From Candidatus Latescibacterota bacterium (GTDB taxonomy: Bacteria > Latescibacterota > UBA2968 > UBA8231), in assembly GCA_965206595.1 (NCBI GenBank), contig OZ242214.1, positions 6,368,001-6,432,000 on the forward strand: a stretch of DNA of 64,000 nt, in the 5' to 3' direction. Below the pieces are notes generated by a model. That model had not been told where the DNA came from. It did no database searches and saw only the letters and a list, made by a program, of their open reading frames with translations. Below, in pieces: positions 1 to 10,782 of the stretch (position 1 is its first letter; every line of letters starts with the position of its first letter). A program made the position numbers and the translations under genes.

Positions 1-2
1 CC

Positions 3-1088
3 CGCAGCGGCAACACCGCGGACCAGAACCTCTACTGGCAGTATTCCGGGCGCGGCGAGAAGATCCCGGTGCAGGACGCCATGACGTACAAGCGCCTGAA
101 GCTCGGGGAGCGGGCCGGCACCACCTACGACCGGGACAACTGGACCTTCTGGTCGGCGCCCTACGATTTCGCCGACAGCTCCGGGACTCCGGTGGTCAGC
201 CTCGGGCCGCGGCAGTTCTTCCAGTTCAAGGTCGACGTGATTCCCTTCAACGAGGCGGGGGGTGAGCTCGGTTTCCTCGAGTTCCGCATGTCGGAGCCGC
301 TCGCCTCCGGCCTGATCGGCGAGGTCTCCCCAAACCGGGTGAACGTCGCCGAGTCCTCGGCCTTCACCTATTACCTGCAGCCGTTCCTGGGATCCGACGC
401 CTCCGGATTCGACGGCCTGGAGATGTCGACGTCGTCGATAATCAACGGCGTGCGCGCCCTGCGCATAGGGGAGAACGACCGGCCCTTCGAGGTCAGGCCC
501 CTCGACGAGAACGGCGTCGAGCTGTCCGGTTTTCCGGCCAACCGGTTCGAGCTGACCTTCACCGACACCCGGCTGGTGGCGGCCGACAGCGGCACCCCGG
601 TCGAGATCGACTTCGACGCCCGCGTGTTGAGGTCGGGGGCGGCCTTCGAGGCGCGGGTCTTCGACTCGACGCAACCTCTGGCTGTGCGCCAGAAGATCGC
701 CGCCGGGGACGCGAACAATCTAGTCGAGGGGAACACCCTTTCGGTCTCGACCACGGCGAAGGCCGAGCTGCTGCTGCTGACACAGGTCTCGCCGGCCGTC
801 ATCACCCCGAACGGCGACCGCGTCAACGACCTGGCGCGGATATCCTACGACCTGCTCGAGATCATCGGCGCCGCCGAGGTCAGCGTCGAGATAAGCGATC
901 TGTCCGGGCGGGTGGTGAGGCAGGTATACGAAGGCCAGGACCTGGTCGGCAACTACGCGCGCGAGTGGGACGGCAGGAACGATGCCGGCGAGGCGGTCCC
1001 TCCGGGGATCTACCTGTACCGGATCAAGGTCGACAACGACCAGGACCGGGAAGCCGTCAGCCTCGGGTTGGTGAACGTGGTCTACTGA
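3..1088 (+). CDS. 5'-truncated large secreted protein with C-terminal FlgD-Ig / T9SS type-B-like (TPNGDxxND) domain
   Basis: Frame is open from position 3 (RSGNTADQNLYWQY...). Motifs WTFWSAPY, GPRQFFQF, GEVSP, PAVITPNGDRVND, ISDLSGRVVR, WDGRNDAGEAVPPGIYLYRI are shared with the next two genes. Confidence 0.85.
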   Translation, partial: RSGNTADQNLYWQYSGRGEKIPVQDAMTYKRLKLGERAGTTYDRDNWTFWSAPYDFADSSGTPVVSLGPRQFFQFKVDVIPFNEAGGELGFLEFRMSEPLASGLIGEVSPNRVNVAESSAFTYYLQPFLGSDASGFDGLEMSTSSIINGVRALRIGENDRPFEVRPLDENGVELSGFPANRFELTFTDTRLVAADSGTPVEIDFDARVLRSGAAFEARVFDSTQPLAVRQKIAAGDANNLVEGNTLSVSTTAKAELLLLTQVSPAVITPNGDRVNDLARISYDLLEIIGAAEVSVEISDLSGRVVRQVYEGQDLVGNYAREWDGRNDAGEAVPPGIYLYRIKVDNDQDREAVSLGLVNVVY

Positions 1089-1233
1089 ACGATCCCCCAC
1101 CGGGCTCACCGGTCCGCGGGGGCGTTCGCGACCCGGTCCGTGCGATCACATCTTGCGACGGCCGTTGCGCGTGCCGGAGCTCCAGCCTGACGCAGGTTGG
1201 CCAACCCGGCGGCCTTTCCAGGGGGGACCGGCG

Positions 1234-3796
1234 ATGGATCGATCAGCGACAAAGGCAAGCCCGACGGCTCACGCCGCGGCACCCTGGCTGACGGCGCTGG
1301 CCGGCCTCTTCATGGCGGCGATTCCCCTTTCCTCTGAACAGGGCTACACCTTCCACGACAACCAGATCGTCGCCGAGACGCAGGAGCACTGGGAAGCCTG
1401 GGACGTCAATGCCGGCATCTCCTGGATAACCCCCGAGGGATCGGTCTCCCCCCGTTTCGTGCGCAAGCGGGTCAACGCCGCCCTGGAGGCTCCGCGGTAC
1501 GAGGTCAAAGTCCGGGGCGGGGTGTTGGCGGGTTCCAACGAGCACCTCGCCCACCACCTGATCGACGGCGATCCCGGCACCTACTGGGAGCCGGATCTCG
1601 ACCGGCCCCCTGAGGACTGGTGGATCCAGCTCCGCCTCGGCCGCCTCGTCGTGGTCGAGAAGATCGTCCTGCGCTTCGTCGAGGAGGACGCCGGGGAACC
1701 TTTCCTGCAGTTCGACGCCCTCGGATGGCGGTTTCCCCCTCCCTGGGGCAGCGTCCAGTACACCCTGCTGGGGACGGATGTCGCCAGGTTCTGGTCCCTG
1801 TACAAGACCGACAGACCGAACCGGACCCAGCGCGTATTCGAGATCCAGCCATTGGCAACAACCTCCAGCAGCGAGGAGTTCCTGGGTGAACCGCTGGACG
1901 TCCTCCACATCCTGGTCGCCGACAGCGCCGCCGACCGCCTGCGCGAGGTTGCGCCCGGCACGTACGAAGCCCTGCCGGAGGACACCAGGGGCGCCGTGGA
2001 ATACTACCGCAAGGGGGGCGTCCGTCAGACCCTGACGACGCGGGAGAGCTACGAGGCTTTGGCTCCGGAGCGGCAGGGGCGGATACGGTACTACCAGCGC
2101 GAGCGTCCGCGCTTGGCGGAAATGGAGGTCTGGACGTGGGGCGACAACCTCAACTACAACCGCGGGAAGCAAGGCGGCAAGACGTTCCTGTGGCTCGACG
2201 TACAGCAGGAGGAGTCTAGAGGCAAGATCTACTCGCTCGCAAACGTGGTGACGGACGCCAACTACGCCACCGGGCCGAGCTTATGGTCGAGAGGAACCAC
2301 CTATTTCCTCGAAGATCTCGGCACCCAGTTCTGGGTGGACAGGGTGCAGTACCTGACCCAGAGAATCCTGGGTCAGCGGGCTGGAAATTTCCGACGGGAC
2401 CCTCGCCCCCGATGGCTCCGTCGAGTGGACGGAGGTGGTCGAAGGGAAACCGTACCGTCCCGGGGGACAGGATTTATACCAACAATCGAGCGCCTTCCAA
2501 ATCGAGCCGACCCGGGTCCGCTATCTGCGCTCGCGCATCAGGTCTCGGGGCGCCATCCTCGAGGTGATGATCTACGGGGAGGGGTACGTCGCCGAGGTGG
2601 CGCTGACCTCCGAACCGATCGAGATGCGCCGGCACAAGAGCTTCGTTTCCATCGAGTGGGAGGCGGACACGCCTGTGGGCACCTGGGTCGAGATCGCCAC
2701 CCGGACCGGCGACCGGCTGCGCGAGCAGCTGACCTACCACGACAGCGACGGCCTCGAGGTCACTCCGGAACGGTACAAGAAGAGACTGCCCCGGCCGAAA
2801 CAGGGGGAGATCGTCTCCCGCATGGTGCCGGACAGCGACTGGAGCCCGTGGACCCGTCCCTACCTGGAATCCGGGGAAGAGGTCAAGTCGCCGCTGCGGA
2901 AGTACCTGCAGATCCGCGCCCGGGTCATGGCGGACACGGTCAGCAAGTACGGTTCTCCGGCTTCCCTGCACGCCATTCGCGTGAACCTGACGGATCAGTA
3001 CGCCGAAGAGCTGATCGGCGAGGTGTGGCCCCGCTTCGTCGAGAAGATCGGCGAACCGGAGGAGCGCTCTTTCTTCATTCGGCCGAGGTTCGCCCGAAGC
3101 GACCAGAGCTTCGACCAGTTCCGCATCACGGCGACGGCTCCGACGACGATGGAGCTGCTCGAGGTGCGCTCCGGCACGCTGGAGGATTTCGCCAGCGGGG
3201 AGACGAAGCGCTGGCTGCCGGAGGAGCTGGAGATCACCGCGGCCGCCTCCGACACCTTGTTGTTCCGGCTGCCGTCCCCGATCCGGCAGGGGGTGGAGCT
3301 GGTCGAGGTGCGCATCAGGCCGACCATATACGGTCACTCGGCCGCTTTCGAGGCGGGGGTGAAGGCGTCGGGGGCCGCGGGAACCTGGCAGAGGGTGGAG
3401 ATCGGCAACGCCGCGGACCATGCGCCGAGCGAGTCCAACGTCGTCGTCGCTCTGGGAGACAACGCCGCGCTGACTGCCCTGCGGGTCGAGCCTTCGGTAG
3501 TGACGCCGAACGGGGACGGCGTCAACGACGCCGCGGTGTTCCGCTTCAGCGTCAACCGGCTGCACTCGGAAACGGCGGTTGAGCTTTCGATCTACGACCT
3601 GGGTGGCAGGTTGGTGTACCGTCGCCTGGCCGAGCGCGCCGACCCGCGTGGCCGCTACGCCATCGAGTGGCGGGGAGAGGGGATGAAGGGGGTGCTCATT
3701 CCCCCCGGGACCTACCTCGCCCGGGTCGAGCTGCCGGCCTACTCGGAGCGGGCGCAGCAGACCGCCCTGACCCGGATCCTGCGCGTGGCCTACTGA
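1234..3796 (+). CDS. Secreted discoidin(F5/8C)-like + FlgD-Ig CTD protein, about 853 aa, interrupted by a +1 frameshift at 2357-2380
   Basis: Signal peptide after ATG 1234; HLIDGDPGTYW..WWIQLRLGRLVVVEKIVLRF discoidin-like motif. Sensible reading continues in the next frame (LEISDGTLAPDGSVEW...WSPWTRPY...GEVWP...VTPNGDGVND...PPGTYLARV). Confidence 0.8.
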
Positions 3797-5666
3797 TGGC
3801 GAATCCGCGGTACCGGTGGGTGCTCGTCCTGTACTTCGGCCTCCTGCCGGAAAGTTCGCCCGCGGTAACGATCTACCGCTTCGGCGGCGGCGACCTGCCC
3901 CCGCCTGCGGAAAGCGCCCGGGCAGACGTGGAATTCCTGCAGATGGACTGGGGGGAGATCGGCGCCGAGAGCGGCGGGGAACAGGCAGGCATCCGCATGG
4001 AGAAGGGGACCATCGAGCCTCGGAAGCTCGACCCGGGAAGGAACGTCGCCGCCCTGCTCTGGAAGGGAGACCCGTCGCTCGAGCTGCTGTTCGACAACCA
4101 CCCCGGCACCGCCTGGATCGCCGACGCGTACAAGTGCGGCGATACGTTCGCGAGCCGCTGCGAAGGCCGCTACGGCCCGCGCGGGATCCTCAACATCGAC
4201 TTCGCCGACAGGGTCCTGATAAACCGGATTCGACTGTTCTCGGGCAGCAGGGACAATCCCCTGGAAATCGTGAGGAACTTCGGGCTCTCCCTCTCGCCGA
4301 CCCGTCTCGGAAGCAACAGGACCCTGCTTTTTCCCTTCCTGGTGGAGGTGGTGGAAAACGAGGACAGGAGGCTGGAGCTGGAGTTCCCGGCCGACCTGCC
4401 CGCGGCGTCGGCGCTGCAGATCGTCATGAGCGACCACGCCCAGCCCTGGAAGATCGGCGAGATCCAGATATACGCGCGGGGGGTGGCGGGAAAGGCGACG
4501 TACACCGCCGACATCCTCGACTTCGGGCAGCCGGCGGTGTGGGGGGAGATGTGCTGGTCCCTGAAGCAGGAACCGGAGTCCCTCCTCCATGTCCGCACCC
4601 GCAACGGCGGCAGCTCGCAGCTGTTCCGCTACTGGAAATACACCGGCATGGGGGATCACAAGGTCGAGGTGTCGCAGGAGGAGTACGAGCAGCTGCGCAA
4701 GAGTCAGCGGGCCGAGCCGACCTACAACTACGACAGCTGGAACCCGTGGACGTCCCGTTTCCACCTGGTGAACGAGGGGGGCCAGCCGCCGGTCTTCCCG
4801 GTCCCCCGCCGCAGCTTCCAGTTCAGTCTCGAGTTCGTCTCCTCCGGCGAAACCGGCACCCGGCTCGAGTTCCTCGAGTTTCGCGCTTCCGTGGCCGCGG
4901 TGACCCGTATCGTGGGAGAGCTCGACCCGATCAAGGTGAAGGCCGGGGCCATGACCCGCTTCACCTACGCCCTCAAGCCGCGCATCCACGAGCGCGACCC
5001 CGGGTTCGACCTTTTGGAAATCAGGGCGGTGGCGGCGCGTATCGACGGCGTGCACGCGGTGCTGATCGACGGCGCCGAGGCGCCCTTCCGGGTCCTGGAG
5101 CTCGAGGAGCGGCGCGCCGTTCTCGGCATACCCCGGCTAGCCGGGCTCGCCTACTCCGACGCCATCGTCGAGGTGGTGTTCGACGCCCAGGTGCTGCGCT
5201 TCGGCGGCGCCTTCAGGGGTCAGATCGCCGACAGCGGGCGGCCGTACGACGTGCCGCAGCCGGTGCTGGCCGGGGACGCCATCGACGAGGCCTTCGGGGA
5301 CCGGGTATGGATCGAGACCTCGATCACCGTCGAGTCCGCCCTGGCGGCGCGCGCCGAGCCCGCGGCGTTCACCCCGAACGGAGACGGCTTCAACGACGAG
5401 GTCGAGATCGCCTACGACCTCGTCGAAATCACCCGGCCCGTCGTTGTCGAGGTGGAGATACGGGACCTCGCAGGCCGGCGGGTGCGGCTGCTGCATTCCG
5501 GCCAGGAGGGGATCGGCAGCTACCGGCGCTGGTGGGACGGCCGGCTCGACGACGGCACGCCGGCGGCACGCCGGCGCCCCCCGGCATCTACCTGTACCGC
5601 GTGACGACGACGGATGTCGCCGGCGATCGCTTTGCCGAGATCGGCCCCCTGCAGGTCGTCTACTGA
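3796..5666 (+). CDS. Third paralogue (discoidin-like + FlgD-Ig CTD), about 619 aa, frameshifted near the C-terminus by an 11-bp tandem duplication
   Basis: ATG overlaps the previous TGA. Motifs LFDNHPGTAW, WNPWTSRF, GELDP, FTPNGDGFND, WDGRLDDG. Removing one GGCACGCCGGC copy (5554-5575) restores DGTPAPPGIYLYRV...LQVVY*. Confidence 0.82.
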
Positions 5667-8434
5667 GCGCCGGCACCCCCGGCGCCTCTTCTCCGCGGGG
5701 TTGCTCCTGGCGGTCTGCGCCGGGAGCGCCGCAGCGCAGCCGGACTACGGCAACCGGCTGGGGCAGCGCAGCGCCGGGGAGGTGGAGTTCCGTCCCTTCG
5801 GGGCGACGGTCGCCTCCGAGCACCTCGACCCCTCGGTGCGGAAGTGGTACCTGCCGCAGGAACTGCTGCACGAGTACAAGTGGCGGCCCTGGGAGACGCT
5901 CAACTACGCCAGGGACCGCTACCGGCGATACCGCTCGATCCTCTCGGAAGGAACCTACCTGTACGACCGCTTCGGCAAGTACCTGACCAGGGGCTGGGTG
6001 ATCTACGACTGGACGGAGGAGCGGCCGAGAGAAGCCGAGGGAAGCCGCATCCTGCCGCCTCAGTGGCCGCTCTCCGGCCTCAACATCGTGTCCGACCGCA
6101 AGGGCCGGCACCAGATGCGCGTCACCATCGGCACCAACATCCCGGTGAACCTGACGCCGATGACGTTTCGCAAGTCCGCCTTCGACGGCACGTTGGTCGA
6201 CTATCAGTCGGACCGGTTTTCAGCCACCGGGCTGGTGTCGCGCGTCACCCACCCGGGATTCGGATCGGTTCCCGCGTACGAGCAGATCTCCTTCGCCAAC
6301 ATCACCAGCCTGTTCGGCGGAAGGGCCGAGGCCGCCCTCGGCGACCGCTTCACCCTGGGTGCGACCTTCGTCAACGCCCACCACGGCAGGACGGTGCTGT
6401 CGAGCTTCCAGGGAAGCCCGTTCACGGGGGCGCTCACCGCAAGCCAGCACCAGGCGCAGATCACGGAGATCGTCCTCCGCATCAGCGACGATTCCCCGGC
6501 GGATCCCGGCGGGGCCATTCTCGTGTACGACGACGTCGAGATCACCACGCGGCTCGGGCACGTCGACACCGTGCTCGTCGGCAGCCGCATCGGCTTCAGG
6601 CCCGAAAAGGAAGGGGGGTTCACAAGGGAGGGAGTGAGGGTGGCGGAAGGGGGGGACGCGATACTGCTGCGCTACGTCCTGGCCGACGACCCGGAAACCC
6701 CGGGACTCGAGGGACTGCAGGGGATGATCGGCGACGCCGAGATCGCCGCCAACATACGCAACGTCCGCTTCAGGCTGTTCCTGGTCGACGACTACAAGGT
6801 CGAGGTGACCTCGAGCAACCAGACCAACGCCGAGGGGAAAGCGGTCTTTCTCACGGTGACGCGGGCGCGCCGCAATTCCCGGGACGGCTCCAACAAGAAG
6901 CAGGTGGTGTTCGACTACGGCCTGCCGACGGCCAACCAGATCGCCGGCGTCACCGCGGAGGCGCGCGACCTGCTGGGGTTCGATCTCTACGGCGAGCTCG
7001 ACGTCAACCACCGCTACAGACAGTTCCCCTACCGCCGCAGCGAGACCCACCGGGCGCGCTCCGGGATCCTCGGGGACGAGACCGCCCTGGCCTGGATGGC
7101 CAATCTCGCCAGGGACTCGTTCCCCTGGTTCTGCCTCGTCGAGGCCTTCTACATGGACGAGGATTACAGCACGAGCTCCTTCGTCGCCGACGGGGCCGGC
7201 AACGTCGACTACGAGGACCAGACCCGGAGCCTGTACGATTTCGTCGACGACAACGACGACAACGACCGCCTGCCGGATCAGCGGCGCCTCCACCAGGACG
7301 CGCGGATCGGCGTCGAAAGGCTGAACGAGACCCTGACCGCCCAGGGGTTCGCCGACAACGCGGTATTTCCCGGATGGGACACCAACAACGACTTCATCTC
7401 CGATTTCAACCAGAACGGCAACAGGCTGCAGGAAAACCTGCTTCCCGACTACGCGGAGCCGTTTCTGCGCTACTCGGTGGACCGCCCGGAATTCCTTTTC
7501 GGGATCGACCTCAACAACAACGGATGGATCGACCGCTTCGAGAACGACAACGAGCCCGACTATCCCTACAAGAGCGACCGCAAGGGGTACAACGCGTACC
7601 TGCGCAGGCATTTCACCCCGGAGCTCAACCTGACCGTCGGGCGCACGCGCCAGTCCCTGATTTCGGACGACCGGGAGAGCGCGACGAGCTACGCCATCCT
7701 GGCGCTCGAACGGGATTTCTCCGGCATCGGGCTTGTCCGGGTATTCGACATGCTCAAGAGAGCGGAGGACGATATCCCGGACGATCTCGTCCAGTGGGTG
7801 CAGCCGCCGCAGACCCGCGGCTTCCTCGAGCCGTTCGCCGATCCGCTGGCCGCCCGGGGACACCTGGATCAACACCGCCTTCCTCGGATTCGAGAGGCGC
7901 GCCGACCTCGGGGTCAACCTCGCCGCCAAGCTCAAGTACGAGAGCGTGAGACAGGCCTCGGACGGGAGCGGCCACAAGCGGTATACGCGGCTGCTCGGGC
8001 TCGTGAACAAGGCCTCCTGGATCGCGAGCATCGGCAACCTGACGGTGGAGCCGAGACTGAAAAGCGCCCTGCTGAGAGACGACACCCCGTACTCCATCGG
8101 CAAATCCGAGCGCGACCAGTGGACGGGGACCGCCGACATCCTGTTGCGGTACCCGTTCCTGCGCAGGAGCCAGGTGGAGTTGGGGGTCGAGCAGACCTGG
8201 TTCGGCGACAGTCTCGTGAAGGAGGAGGGGCTTTCCCGGGGAGAGCCGACCGGCGACTACCGCAACCTCGTGGTCGCCGTGCAGGTAACCAACCGCAGCG
8301 ACTACCTGGGGTACCGGGTCAACACGCAGTTCGGCTACATGATGAACTGGAGAAGCGCGGAAAAGTACCGGAGGGAGCCGCTGTCCGAGACCGGCGGGTT
8401 GAGCTTTCTCACGATCTACGCGGCGCTCCGGTGA
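5614..8434 (+). CDS. Large predicted outer-membrane beta-barrel protein with acidic Ca-binding-type (TSP3/DxDxNG-like) repeats, about 939 aa, +1 frameshift at 7853-7859; start uncertain
   Basis: Signal peptide RRLFSAGLLLAVCAGSAAA; many amphipathic beta-hairpins; DFVDDNDDNDRLPD, WDTNNDFISD and IDLNNNGWID repeats. Continues as DTWINTAFLGF...GGLSFLTIYAALR* in ORF 7733..8434. Confidence 0.72.
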
Positions 8435-8466
8435 GGGCACATACGCCCGCCCGACAGGGAACAACT

Positions 8467-8504
8467 GCCCTTCATTGTCAGGGCTCTGACAAGAATGAAG
8501 GGGC
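8467..8504. terminator. Hairpin between convergent genes (possible bidirectional terminator or mobile-element scar)
   Basis: CCCTTCATT-GTCAG-ggct-CTGAC-aag-AATGAAGGG; no clear U-tract. Confidence 0.35.
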
Positions 8505-8529
8505 GATCGGAGTCGGCGCGGTAATACCC

Positions 8530-10488
8530 CTATGGAGGCAACTGCTCCCCGGGGCGGGGGATGGCGAGCCCCACCCATTCGGGAGCCCTGCTCCCTCCGC
8601 CGATGGAAACGGCGATGTAGTCGCGGCCGGCTGCGGTGTAGGCGACGGGATTGCCGCTGGCGTTCCCGGGCAGGTCGACGCGGGCGATGAGACGCCCGTC
8701 CAGCAGGTCGTAGGCGGAGAGGTGTTTCTCGGGGTCGATGTAGTACCGTTCGGGGAATCCTCTCAGTCTACCCGGCGGCTCCGAGGCGGCGATCAGCATC
8801 TCCGGGGTCGTCAGCACGAAGACGCGCGAATCCCATCCGAGAGGCGGCAGGTCCAACCCCTTCAGGGCGGGATGGTCGACCGGTCCGAGACCGGTGGGGA
8901 TCATCCAGCGGTGCTCGCCGGTGTTCACGTCGATGGCGGTGATGCGGCCATACGGCGGTTTCAGGAGCGGCAACCCCTGCGGCCCGCCGGAAGAGGAGAA
9001 GACGGGGGTGTACCTCGAGAACGAGGTCTCGCTGTCGAACTCCCTGAGGCCGAAAACGGAAAGCACCGTCCTCGACGGGACGTACACCCAGCCGTTGGGA
9101 TGAGCGGCCCCGCCGCCCCAGTCGGCGCCGCCCACGCCACCCGGCAGGGTCCACGTGCCCCGTGCGCTCGGAGGCGTGTAGAGCGGCCCGAAGTCGTGCC
9201 GTCTGGCGATCTCCAGGGCCTGTTCCCGCAGCTCCGGGGTGAAGTCGATCAGGTCCTCTTCGCCGAATCCCTGGCGGTCGAAGGGCAGGGGCCGGGTCGG
9301 AAAGGGCTGTGTCGGCGAGGGCCGTTCGCCCGGGACCGACGACTGCGGGACAGGGCGCTCTTGCACGGGCCAGAGCGGCTCTCCGGAGACGCGGTCGAAG
9401 ACGTAGGCGAACGCCTGCTTGGTCAGCTGCACGACCGCCTTGACCGGCTTGCCGTCTACTGAAACGTCCATCAGGATGGGCGCCGCGGCGACGTCGTAAT
9501 CCCAGATTCCGTGGTGGATGAGCTGGTAGTGCCAGATGCGGCGTCCGCTGGCGCAGTCGACGCAGGCCAGTGTTTCGGAGAACAGATTGTCGCCCGGCCG
9601 CTCGCCCCCATAGAAGTCGTGGCTCGGGGCGCTGATCGGCAGGTAGGCGTAGCCGAGATCGAGGTCGGCGCTCATCGGGGCCCAGACGTTGGCGCCGCCG
9701 TAGCGTTTCCAGCTGCCCTCCTCCCACGTCTCGCTGCCGAACTCTCCGGCCTGCGGAACGGTGCGGAAAGTCCACAGCAACTCTCCGCTGCGCACGTCGA
9801 AGCCGCGCACGTCGCCGAGGGGCAGAAATTCCGGGACGTCCCTGCCGTTCCACCCGCTATGGCTCGAACCGACGATGACGACGTCCTCACAGACCATGGG
9901 AGGGGAGGAGACGCCGTACAGGTAACGGTCCGCCGGCCTGCGGAGATGCCGCGTCAGGTCGACGCGCCCGCTGTCGCCGAATGCCCTGTCCGGCTCGCCG
10001 CTGACGGCGTCGAGGGAATAGAGGTACGCCGACGAAGTAGCGGTCAGGATGCGCTGCCGGGTACCGTCGCTCCAATAGGCCACGCCGCGACTGGCGTTGA
10101 ATTGCGCTTCCACCTTCCACGCCTCGGGATCGAACGTCCAGAGCTCGCGGCCGGTCGCCGCGTCGAGAGCCGCCACGATGTTGTAGGGGCTGCTGACGTA
10201 GAGGATTCCGCCGACCATCAGCGGCGTGCACTCGTTGCTGCTCGGGTTGATCCTGACGTCCCCGGTCTCGCGGATCCGGGGATCGGGGGCAGGCCAGCGC
10301 CAGATCACCCGCAGTTGCGAAAAGTTGGTGCTGTCGATTCCGCTGATGGGGGCGAAGCGGGTGCTGGCGGCATCGCCGCCGTGGTAGCGCCACTCGAGCT
10401 GCGGCGGTTCCGGCGCCGGGGAGCGAAGGTGGACGCAGGCGCAGAAAGCCAGCGGCAGCGCCCACAGGCTGCGCAGAAGCGAGCTCAC
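8530..10488 (-). CDS. PQQ-dependent (quinoprotein glucose dehydrogenase-like) beta-propeller dehydrogenase, probable lipoprotein
   Basis: GTG start at 10488 overlaps the upstream TGA. Motifs EWRYHGGDAASTRF, ECTPLMVGG, GGANVWAPMSAD, HHGIWDYD, GGADWGG, KPPYGRITAID; LAFCAC lipobox-like. Confidence 0.9.
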   Translation of the reverse strand: MSSLLRSLWALPLAFCACVHLRSPAPEPPQLEWRYHGGDAASTRFAPISGIDSTNFSQLRVIWRWPAPDPRIRETGDVRINPSSNECTPLMVGGILYVSSPYNIVAALDAATGRELWTFDPEAWKVEAQFNASRGVAYWSDGTRQRILTATSSAYLYSLDAVSGEPDRAFGDSGRVDLTRHLRRPADRYLYGVSSPPMVCEDVVIVGSSHSGWNGRDVPEFLPLGDVRGFDVRSGELLWTFRTVPQAGEFGSETWEEGSWKRYGGANVWAPMSADLDLGYAYLPISAPSHDFYGGERPGDNLFSETLACVDCASGRRIWHYQLIHHGIWDYDVAAAPILMDVSVDGKPVKAVVQLTKQAFAYVFDRVSGEPLWPVQERPVPQSSVPGERPSPTQPFPTRPLPFDRQGFGEEDLIDFTPELREQALEIARRHDFGPLYTPPSARGTWTLPGGVGGADWGGGAAHPNGWVYVPSRTVLSVFGLREFDSETSFSRYTPVFSSSGGPQGLPLLKPPYGRITAIDVNTGEHRWMIPTGLGPVDHPALKGLDLPPLGWDSRVFVLTTPEMLIAASEPPGRLRGFPERYYIDPEKHLSAYDLLDGRLIARVDLPGNASGNPVAYTAAGRDYIAVSIGGGSRAPEWVGLAIPRPGEQLPP

Positions 10489-10782
10489 TGCCGCATGTGG
10501 TGGTAGGCCTCCGTGGCGGACTGCGGGCGCTCGTAGTCGATTGCCCACTCCCGCTCCTCGGCCGGCATCTTGCCGAGCGCCCTTGCCATCTGGCGGATGT
10601 GCGAGCCCTGGCAGCCGCAGCAGCCGACCGCGGCCCGCATCTCCTCGACCACGGGCAGCATGAAGGTCGGGGTCCTGCCAGCAGTTGACGCCGACGATGT
10701 CGGCTCCCGCCTGCTCTAGCGCCTTCGCGGCGTCCCCCGGCGTCATGCCTTCCTTGAGCTTGTCCGTTATCGGTACAGTCAC
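10485..10782 (-). pseudogene. Remnant of a homocysteine S-methyltransferase (BHMT-like): N-terminus lost, frameshift, internal deletion
   Basis: AGADIVGVNC (Zn ligand), then after a frameshift at about 10670 TFMLPVVEEMRAAV fused directly to GCCGCQGSHIRQMARALG...HMRQ*. Confidence 0.72.

Noticed and set aside
5614-9462. 1282-aa ORF as a single protein
   Set aside because: After 7859 it is out-of-frame read-through and then antisense to the PQQ dehydrogenase; the real gene ends at 8434.
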